Part shown: positions 57,082 through 64,000 of the stretch, one piece after another
Layout: every line of letters begins with the position of its first letter
How positions within the stretch are numbered: position 1 is the first letter of the stretch
Source of the DNA: a virus
Virus record (IMG/VR): IMGVR_UViG_3300029337_000071
Coordinates: 11,801-75,800 of that record
DNA length: 64,000 bases
Direction: 5' to 3' (one strand)
The notes under the pieces: model-generated
The model's database searches: none
What the model saw: the letters and a program-made list of their open reading frames with translations, nothing else
What the model was told of the DNA's origin: nothing
Made by a program: the position numbers and the translations under genes

Positions 57082-57393
57082 AAATGTGAGTAGAGTACAT
57101 TGTTGCTCTTCTCCTTCGTAGAAAGAGGCTATATATGATGATGTTCAAAAAGTGTTTGGTCGCACGAGCATCCGTATAGTCTCTTTTATTTCTTATTTCC
57201 ATTTCCATATTGCATATTATAATCCGAACATGTATTCGATGTCAATAGAACACAAACATATATTCGAAACAATTTTGCATTTTATTTTATACACACTGCA
57301 TAAAATCTCAAATTATGTAAAGATAAAATATAGCAGAATTATTACGAATACTATATTTTATCATATTTTCTATTCTATTATCTGGACAAATTA

Positions 57394-57693
57394 TTATAAT
57401 AGTATGTCATGCATTATTCCTCTTCTAATGATATTCTTTATATTCTGTTCTGTATTAAAAAGCTGCATGTGTGGAATATATTCATCTTCATTCATAATAA
57501 TTGTCTTTGACTTCTTTACTAAAAGACATCCATCATCAGGTGACGCAATTTTTTTTGACGAAGTATTATTATCAAAATCCATTGTAAGTATTACTACATT
57601 TTTAGGATTTTTACCTTCAGTTTTCAACTTCTGTAATCTTTCTATAGCTTCATCAATTGTTGAATAATCATATGCTTCTGTCTTCATAAACAT
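57394..57693 (-). CDS. hypothetical protein (99 aa) immediately downstream of the mazF-like gene
   Basis: ORF; possible antitoxin in reversed order. Confidence 0.4.
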   Translation of the reverse strand: MFMKTEAYDYSTIDEAIERLQKLKTEGKNPKNVVILTMDFDNNTSSKKIASPDDGCLLVKKSKTIIMNEDEYIPHMQLFNTEQNIKNIIRRGIMHDILL

Positions 57694-57708
57694 ATTCTCT
57701 CCTCTCTC

Positions 57709-58059
57709 CTATATCATAGCCAGACTTATTTTCATCGCTTCCATAACACGAACATTATCATCATTAGATAAATTACCAATCTTAAACTTTAGTCTATCTT
57801 TATCTATTGTGGTAATTTGTTCAAGAGCTACAACAGAATCGTGTTTTAATCCGTTGAATTTATCTTTATGTAACTCAACGTGAGTTGGTAATTCCCTTTT
57901 AGACTTCGTAGTTATAATGGCAATAATAGTGGTAGGGCTAAATTTATTTCCAATGTCATTCTGAAGTATTAACACTGGTCTTCTACCACTCTGTTCAGAA
58001 CCCTGAGAATCATATCTACCTACATCTGCGAAGTATATTTCACCACGTTTTATGTCCAT
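57709..58059 (-). CDS. mazF: MazF/PemK-family endoribonuclease toxin
   Basis: RGEIYFADVG...GSEQSGRRPVLILQND...SPTTIIAIITTK...GLKHDSVVALEQITTID. Start at MDIKRG has AAGGAGGG upstream. Confidence 0.6.
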   Translation of the reverse strand: MDIKRGEIYFADVGRYDSQGSEQSGRRPVLILQNDIGNKFSPTTIIAIITTKSKRELPTHVELHKDKFNGLKHDSVVALEQITTIDKDRLKFKIGNLSNDDNVRVMEAMKISLAMI

Positions 58060-58207
58060 TGCTTTAGCCCTCCTTTCTCTGTTTGTTCCTTTGATATTTT
58101 GTATTATATACTTCACTATATATATTGTCAAGTATTATTACAATTATTTTTTATATTTATTTTTTCTTTTATATATGGTACTCTATGTATATAGGAGGAT
58201 TGCATTT

Positions 58208-58474
58208 ATGAGATTATCTATTCAAAATAAGTTAAAAGAAAAAAATATGACACGTTATGAACTGGCTAAAAAAATAGGAGTAACATATCCAACAATCGAC
58301 AAAATCTATAAAGGTGAATCAACCTCGATTAAATTTGATATTTTAGAATCAATCTGCAAAGAATTAAACTGTTCACCAATTGAAATACTTGATACAGATG
58401 ATGCTCAAATGAAACGATTACTAGCTTATACAAATGAATTTTATAAATTAAATAATAAGGACGACACAAACTAA
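58208..58474 (+). CDS. XRE-family helix-turn-helix transcriptional regulator
   Basis: MTRYELAKKIGVTYPTIDKIYKG HTH. Start at MRLSIQ has AGGAGGATTGCATTT upstream. It is the only convincing plus-strand gene. Confidence 0.55.
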   Translation: MRLSIQNKLKEKNMTRYELAKKIGVTYPTIDKIYKGESTSIKFDILESICKELNCSPIEILDTDDAQMKRLLAYTNEFYKLNNKDDTN

Positions 58475-58494
58475 TCTGTATTGTCCTTTACATA

Positions 58495-59511
58495 TCACAT
58501 ATTATTTAGTACATCTTTCATTCCCACTGCTCCATTTGCATAATTTTTGACAGTTGTTTTTACACTACTATGCCCAAGCTGCTGTTGTACGAATGCAAGA
58601 TTTCCATTTTGATTCATTACAGTAGCATAATAATGTCTCATCATATGTGCAGTAATACCATTTCCGTAATTTTCAAATATCTGCTTAATATTTTTCTCTG
58701 TTGTACGTGTTCCGTTTTTATTAATAAAAACTGCTTCTGTATCAATAATATTATCCAATGTCAACCTATACTCTAACCACTCTTTCAATGCTTTTAAGGC
58801 TGATCCGCTAAGATATACGGTTCTATTTTGCATTTCTCTGTACACACCTTTGCCAAGAATAGTAATGTATGGCATTTCTTCCTTCAAATGTAAATCAGAT
58901 AAATCTAAGCCAGCAAGCTCTGACTCTCTTATACCAGTGCCCCTTAATACCCTAAAGATAGCAATATTCCTATTTTTTACTGCAATATCCTTTTTCCACA
59001 TTATCTTCTCTTCCATGTCATTAAGCTGCTTTTCTGTTGGAAGTTTTTTTATTAAGTTGTTTCCAGATGGGATTCCCTTATATTTAATCATTTTGTAAAA
59101 ATCTTCTATATTACTATAAACTTCTCTTAACAAACACTCTCTGTATGAATAAATATCCTGTATAAAACTTTTAATGATATTTTTCCTTGTTTCTGTTGTG
59201 GTTGGTGACATTCCATTTGTTTCCTTATATCTAAGATATGAACTAATATTTTGTGGTCTTAGGTCATTAAAATCAGAAACTTCTATTTCAGAAATTGATT
59301 TCTTATTAATAATATTACTTTCAATCAACCACTGTAAAAAATCTTTAATTGCCACTAAATAATTTAGCGCTCCGTTTTTGCTTTCCAACTCATTTAAGTA
59401 ATCTCTTAAAAATTGTGGTGCATTTAACTCATCTAATTTTTTATTAAGCTTCTCCGCATTTTTATTCTGCACTTCTATTTTATAACACATTATCATCAAC
59501 CTACCTTTCAT
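58495..59511 (-). CDS. tyrosine recombinase/integrase
   Basis: C-terminal catalytic region TAHMMRHYYATVM...LGHSSVKTTVKNYANGAV (R..H..R/H..Y). Confidence 0.6.
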   Translation of the reverse strand: MKGRLMIMCYKIEVQNKNAEKLNKKLDELNAPQFLRDYLNELESKNGALNYLVAIKDFLQWLIESNIINKKSISEIEVSDFNDLRPQNISSYLRYKETNGMSPTTTETRKNIIKSFIQDIYSYRECLLREVYSNIEDFYKMIKYKGIPSGNNLIKKLPTEKQLNDMEEKIMWKKDIAVKNRNIAIFRVLRGTGIRESELAGLDLSDLHLKEEMPYITILGKGVYREMQNRTVYLSGSALKALKEWLEYRLTLDNIIDTEAVFINKNGTRTTEKNIKQIFENYGNGITAHMMRHYYATVMNQNGNLAFVQQQLGHSSVKTTVKNYANGAVGMKDVLNNM

Positions 59512-59758
59512 AATTGTCTATGTAATAATTCTCTCTTTTTATCTTTGCAACCTCAAAAATTTCTTCATAAGAATCACAAAATCTTACTTCGATGCACTTC
59601 GTTACCTCTCCACACTTCAAACAATACAAATCCTTAATATGTTTTCGTTCTCTTTGTCTCTGTCTCTGAATTCCACTGGCTAACATATTTTCATTCATAC
59701 ATTTTAAACATATGAATCGACTTGCATGTTTTGGGTTTCCATTCTTATATCTACTCAA
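59501..59758 (-). CDS. zinc-ribbon protein (85 aa)
   Basis: CLKCMNE...CLKCGEV. Confidence 0.4.
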   Translation of the reverse strand: MSRYKNGNPKHASRFICLKCMNENMLASGIQRQRQRERKHIKDLYCLKCGEVTKCIEVRFCDSYEEIFEVAKIKRENYYIDNYER

Positions 59759-59817
59759 ACATTATTCACCTCATTTTTGCAATAAAAAAGAAGCAGTTGA
59801 TTTCTGCTTCCTTATGA

Positions 59818-60153
59818 TTAATATTTATTACTCTTTCTTTCTTTTACTTTATCAATTATTTCTTCTCTATGATCTTTATAGTATTGATCTGAAATTTCCT
59901 TTACATGTATTTTATGTGCTTTCTCAGAACACTCTTCTGAACAATATGTTCTTCTAAGTGTTTCAAACTTTTCTCCACAAATAGGACAGATTTTAATTAT
60001 TGGTGTATTCGATTCCTTACTATATCTTCTTTTATTCGAATTTTCATCTTGTCGTTTCTTTTTTTCTATTTTACATTGTTCACTACATACATTTATTCCA
60101 TGGTAACTTGTAAACCTCTTACCACAAATAACACAATCTCTAATTCTTGGCAT
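59818..60153 (-). CDS. tandem zinc-ribbon protein (111 aa)
   Basis: CVICGKRF...CSEQC / CPICGEKF...CSEEC. Confidence 0.45.
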   Translation of the reverse strand: MPRIRDCVICGKRFTSYHGINVCSEQCKIEKKKRQDENSNKRRYSKESNTPIIKICPICGEKFETLRRTYCSEECSEKAHKIHVKEISDQYYKDHREEIIDKVKERKSNKY

Positions 60154-60170
60154 TTTTCCTTCCTTTCAAA

Positions 60171-60785
60171 TCAGTCTTTTTTATACTTATCTATAATCGG
60201 TTTAAAAAATCTATCTTCTGCATCTTTTCTAGCTTTTTCTGCATCTTCAATTTTTTTAAATTTACCGAGACTATAATTCTTTCCTTGAAATCCAATTTGA
60301 GCAACCCACAATTTTCTGGTTTTGTCAAAAGAAACTCCTTTTATACCTGAAGTATTATTTTTTGAAACTTTTTGAGTTAAAGTTTGTACAATCGTTCCAT
60401 CGACCTGTGTACGCTTTTTTCTATTTTCATTTAATGTTTTCCCATCTCTATGATTTCCACAAGTACCAACCTTTTTTGCCTCAGATACCGTTCTGTAGCA
60501 CATTCTTCCACATTTTAGACATTTACATTTCCATATAACTTTTCCATTTTCATAGCCAAAAGGCTCTAAAAACAATAAATCTTTTACGATTTTCCTAGTC
60601 ATATCTAATTTTCTTTTACAACCACAAGACTTAGACTTTCCTGAAATTAATTTTCCTTTGTTAATTGCTCTAATTGTCCCACACACACATTGACATGTGT
60701 AATACTTATTGTGTGACGAATCCGTTTTATCTGACAAAGCTAGTACAGTCCAATTACCAAATTTATCACCTATATTTATTTCCAT
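60171..60785 (-). CDS. AP2-domain DNA-binding protein with N-terminal Cys-cluster repeats
   Basis: C-terminal GVSFDKTRKLWVAQIGFQGKNYSLGKFKKIEDAEKARKDAE (AP2/ERF-like). Paralog of 62117..62977. Confidence 0.5.
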   Translation of the reverse strand: MEINIGDKFGNWTVLALSDKTDSSHNKYYTCQCVCGTIRAINKGKLISGKSKSCGCKRKLDMTRKIVKDLLFLEPFGYENGKVIWKCKCLKCGRMCYRTVSEAKKVGTCGNHRDGKTLNENRKKRTQVDGTIVQTLTQKVSKNNTSGIKGVSFDKTRKLWVAQIGFQGKNYSLGKFKKIEDAEKARKDAEDRFFKPIIDKYKKD

Positions 60786-61008
60786 ATAATTACTTTCCTC
60801 TTGAAAACAATCTTCAACTGTCTTTATTTTACCACTATAGTATCAACTTGGAAAGGAGCTTCTTCTAAACTATCCAAAAACTAATTCATCAACTGTTTGT
60901 CCATGAAACAAATCTTTGTCATCAACCGTTATTGTCACTTCTACAATGTACTGTCTTTCCATTTTTATTATCCTCCGTTCTGCTATTGAAAGCAATTTTT
61001 CTTTGGGT

Positions 61009-61323
61009 TTAATATCCCAACTTCTTCATGCTTTCTATATTAAATTTCCAATATGTCTCAACCATATTTCCATATTTCTTTATAGCAGCCTGTCTTAATC
61101 CTTCACTTGTAAAAATTAATTCTGTATTTTTCAAATCATTGAATAATTTTTTGCTCATTATAGGACACGCTTTATTAAATCCACTTCCTATTCTTTGTGT
61201 TATGATCTGATAACAAGCTCCATTATCAAGTATCAAATCATTTTCACTTATATCTAATATTTTTCTTCCAACTTTTAACTTAACCATAATATTATATCCT
61301 TTCTTTTGAAACAACTCTTTCAA
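61009..61323 (-). CDS. hypothetical protein (104 aa)
   Basis: ORF. Confidence 0.4.
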   Translation of the reverse strand: MKELFQKKGYNIMVKLKVGRKILDISENDLILDNGACYQIITQRIGSGFNKACPIMSKKLFNDLKNTELIFTSEGLRQAAIKKYGNMVETYWKFNIESMKKLGY

Positions 61324-61544
61324 TCTTTTTTAGAATTGTTGTATTTGATTATTCTCTTAACAATCTCACTACCATTTGGAAGTTTTTCTAACTGATTAAC
61401 ACTAATATGTCTACAATCGTCTGGATTATCACAATTATCAAATCTTACAATAGCTTCATCATCACTATTCCATACATATTCGATGAAAACTCCAAATAAA
61501 TGCAATCCTTTATGAAAAACTCTATCTCCATTATTAAATTTCAT
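61320..61544 (-). CDS. hypothetical protein (74 aa)
   Basis: ORF. Confidence 0.4.
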   Translation of the reverse strand: MKFNNGDRVFHKGLHLFGVFIEYVWNSDDEAIVRFDNCDNPDDCRHISVNQLEKLPNGSEIVKRIIKYNNSKKD

Positions 61545-61870
61545 ATTCTTTCCTCCAATCTACCTTTTAAATCGCCTATAATTTCATGAAGAGTCTCACA
61601 ACGTGCTAATAGCATATTATTCGTGGTTTCTGCTTCAATACCATTATCAATAATACATTGTTCACATCTATCAATTTCCATTTCAAGCTCACCAATATAT
61701 TCATCAACCTTCTCTCTCATATTAGGCTGATTCTCATACTGATACAGCTTTTCTAATGGTTCTTGCATTGCTTTGTTTGCCTCAAAATTAGCTTCGCCAT
61801 ATATATACATTTCTATATTAGAACCATCTAAATTCCATTTGACTTTCTGTACTAATTTACTCATTGACAT
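61541..61870 (-). CDS. hypothetical protein (109 aa)
   Basis: ORF. Confidence 0.4.
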   Translation of the reverse strand: MSMSKLVQKVKWNLDGSNIEMYIYGEANFEANKAMQEPLEKLYQYENQPNMREKVDEYIGELEMEIDRCEQCIIDNGIEAETTNNMLLARCETLHEIIGDLKGRLEERI

Positions 61871-62116
61871 TGCTCTCCTTGTATAGTTTTATAATAATAT
61901 TTCCATCCTTATCATAAAAAAATTCCATAGGTGTACCTTCTACATTATATTTTCCAAACACCTTTTTTCTAATTTCTTTTGGAATATGTATTCTCCCTAA
62001 ATCGTCAAAGCGTCTTACAATCCCTGTTGTTATCATTCATATCACAACCTTTCTTATATTCTATATTATAATATTCTCTCTTACAAAAAATAACTGCTAG
62101 CATTTCTACTAGCAGC

Positions 62117-62977
62117 TCATTTATTATATTTACAATTATACCATTCTAAAAAATCTCTATACAAATGATGTTCAGCTTCTTTTCTTGCCGTAATAGCATC
62201 TTTCTTTTCATCAAAAGTACCAAGCCAATATGTTTTCTTTTGGAAGGTAATTCTTGCTCCCCATTTTCCATTAGCTCTTAAAACACCTCTAACACCACTT
62301 GTATTATCACTTCTAAGTTTTTGTCCATTGTTTACTACCCATGTCAATTTAGTGTGTTTAGTTTCTTCTATATCACCCATACATCCACAAGAACGTCTCC
62401 AACATAAATCAGAAACAGTAACAATTATTTCATTTCCACATTCACATTTGCATTTGCATTTTCCGTTAGTAACTCCAACAACAGTTAATAATCCAATCTT
62501 ATTATTAAGTAACTTATATGCAGATGACTGACATTCGCATCTTGATATAGTGTTATTTACAAGCTTATAAACTGAAAATTCTTTAATTCTTCCACATTTG
62601 ACACATTTACATTTCCACATTTGTATGCCGTTTTGATAAGTACTCTTTTCTATAACTTTCCAATCTCCAAAACGCCGATTCATCAAGTCTTCCTTGCTTA
62701 TGCTTTCTGTATTCACATGTTTTTCTATTAAAGCAATACTTTTTTCTTTTTTTGCACAAGCCGAACACATTTTAATAGCTCCGCTATTCAAGAATTTTGC
62801 AGAGACATTTCTAATATTTCCACAATCACAAACACATTCCCAGATTGCATACCGATTTTTAATTTCTATTACTTTATTTGCTGTTAATTTACCAAATCGC
62901 TGCCCTTGTAGGTTCTTAATTCTACTTCCGTTATAAAAAATATAATTATCCATAATTAAGTTCATAAATAAGTTCAA
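62117..62977 (-). CDS. AP2-domain DNA-binding protein with three Cys-cluster repeats
   Basis: C-terminal SGVRGVLRANGKWGARITFQKKTYWLGTFDEKKDAITARKEAE. Confidence 0.5.
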   Translation of the reverse strand: MNLFMNLIMDNYIFYNGSRIKNLQGQRFGKLTANKVIEIKNRYAIWECVCDCGNIRNVSAKFLNSGAIKMCSACAKKEKSIALIEKHVNTESISKEDLMNRRFGDWKVIEKSTYQNGIQMWKCKCVKCGRIKEFSVYKLVNNTISRCECQSSAYKLLNNKIGLLTVVGVTNGKCKCKCECGNEIIVTVSDLCWRRSCGCMGDIEETKHTKLTWVVNNGQKLRSDNTSGVRGVLRANGKWGARITFQKKTYWLGTFDEKKDAITARKEAEHHLYRDFLEWYNCKYNK

Positions 62978-63242
62978 TATTTGTAATTTTTATTTTTGTT
63001 TCAAGAATATCATCATTCTCTTCAATAATATTAAACTCATAATTTATCCATATATCAAGATTTCCATTACCATCTTCATCAGAATCTGTGATTTTATAAC
63101 TTATACTTTCAGTTGGCGTTTCGCCATTTCCATCCCAAATATCATTAAGAGTAAGCATATCTCCTATTTCACATTCAGGAATATCTATATTCCAATCTAC
63201 ATTTTTGTTTATTTCTATTGCTTTTTCTATTGTCTTATTCAT
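62946..63242 (-). CDS. acidic hypothetical protein (98 aa)
   Basis: ORF. Confidence 0.4.
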   Translation of the reverse strand: MNKTIEKAIEINKNVDWNIDIPECEIGDMLTLNDIWDGNGETPTESISYKITDSDEDGNGNLDIWINYEFNIIEENDDILETKIKITNIELIYELNYG

Positions 63243-63460
63243 AATTATACCTACCTTTCTTGAATCAATTCTTTCATCAGATTTTTATTTCACTTGAACT
63301 GAATTTACTAAGTCCAAAATTTCCTTTTCATACATCACTTTCCCAATGTCAGTTCTTGCACAATATGGGTTAGAAAAATGCTTTGATATAGCTTGCAATA
63401 CTCTTTCCTTATATTCTTCTATTTCAGTCTTCATAATTGTATTCATATCTACCATATATA

Positions 63461-63724
63461 TCACTCTTCAATATCTACAGGATTTTCAAGCTGTAAAATC
63501 TCATCTCTGTGTTCTACCAATGCCGCACTTGCAATCGCATTAATCTTATTCTGACAGAATGATTCAATTTCACCTTTCGCTTCCATTACAGTTTTATCCA
63601 TCTGCTCATTAAATGAATCGGCTATAAAATCCATATTACATCCAATATCAGAATTTAACATATTAAGTTTCTTTAAAATATTCTCTTTATCTGCCTTTGT
63701 CAGAGTCATCTGGAAGATGCTCAC
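63461..63724 (-). CDS. hypothetical protein (87 aa)
   Basis: ORF. Confidence 0.4.
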   Translation of the reverse strand: MSIFQMTLTKADKENILKKLNMLNSDIGCNMDFIADSFNEQMDKTVMEAKGEIESFCQNKINAIASAALVEHRDEILQLENPVDIEE

Positions 63725-64000
63725 TGACGAAGTAGAATTTAACCTCGAATAAGAGGTCTGTATACCAATATCGATAGATCTTGAAAAAGCACCCTAAGGG
63801 AGCTCTATTAAAGTTACCTTTTTACCACCGATATGAAAAAGAAATTTTTTGCTAATTTATGGTTGACTTTTCATAGCTGGTCTCCTTTAATTAATTTAGT
63901 TATTTAATTTATTTGTCCATTTTTTATTAATTTTAATATAGCTTTGACATACTAACTCCCATGCTTTGCTAAGTTCTTCTTCTTGTTCTGTTACGGATTC

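Noticed and set aside
57152-57667. Plus-strand 171-aa ORF
   Set aside because: It has a low-complexity hydrophobic translation across a non-coding AT-rich region, and it is antisense to the 99-aa gene.
1573-63000. Recurring (A/T)TATTCTCC motif just before many stop and start junctions
   Set aside because: It is the reverse complement of the GGAGAATAA Shine-Dalgarno plus spacer used by most minus-strand genes. It is not a dispersed repeat.
63725-64000. Possible gene at the window end
   Set aside because: No ORF of meaningful length or RBS is seen. The region looks intergenic, with short palindromes only.

Overview
This AT-rich window (about 30% GC) reads as one phage or prophage genome segment. 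Genes are densely packed and almost all lie on the minus strand, often with overlapping start and stop codons and a recurring GGAGAATAA-type ribosome-binding context. Gene order, from high to low coordinates in minus-strand transcription order:
- 63.7-59.5 kb: small Cys-rich and AP2-domain proteins.
- 59.5-57.0 kb: lysogeny-type module (tyrosine integrase, divergent XRE HTH regulator on the plus strand, MazF/PemK-like toxin) and a 340-bp non-coding region carrying a near-consensus promoter.
- 56.9-53.5 kb: sigma-70-like factor and a DUF262 (ParB-like nuclease domain) protein.
- 53.4-51.3 kb: a miniature type V CRISPR-Cas-like locus. It has a 462-aa Cas12f/TnpB-family nuclease with RuvC-I/II/III and a zinc finger. 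It is flanked by two mini-arrays with 36-nt repeats and 29-30-nt spacers, one orphan repeat, and three copies of a conserved structured RNA element. No cas1, cas2 or cas4 is present.
- 51.2-50.1 kb: SPFH/band-7 protein with a translationally coupled small membrane protein.
- About 50.05 kb: a tRNA-Gln(UUG)-like gene.
- 49.7-42.7 kb: many small proteins plus a 703-aa unknown protein, a macro domain protein and a metallophosphoesterase.
- 42.2-34.5 kb and 27.1-19.7 kb: eight predicted DNA methyltransferases across the two intervals. Four are Dam-like (D12 class), two are beta-class N6A/N4C enzymes, one is a small NPPF enzyme and one is a motif-permuted C5 enzyme.
- 31.8-28.1 kb: a compact NAD+ salvage operon (pncA, HD-like gene, pncB, nadD, nadE).
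- 23.9-22.2 kb: HNH endonuclease and an Rnl2-like RNA ligase.
- 14.4-3.4 kb: replication and recombination module (putative SSB-like protein, Sak4-like AAA_24 ATPase, DnaB-like helicase, TOPRIM primase, DHH phosphoesterase, DnaE-type family C polymerase, ERCC4-type nuclease).
- 2.6-0 kb: P-loop kinase (AAA_28-like), a beta-helix repeat protein, a BI-1/YccA-family membrane protein and a partial ThyX-like gene.
Several gene pairs are clear paralogs, which points to modular duplication. Most plus-strand ORFs in the track are antisense artefacts. The two standout features are the phage-borne compact Cas12f/TnpB-like RNA-guided nuclease locus with scaffold-plus-repeat units, and the full Preiss-Handler NAD+ salvage pathway, which is a likely anti-defence cargo.
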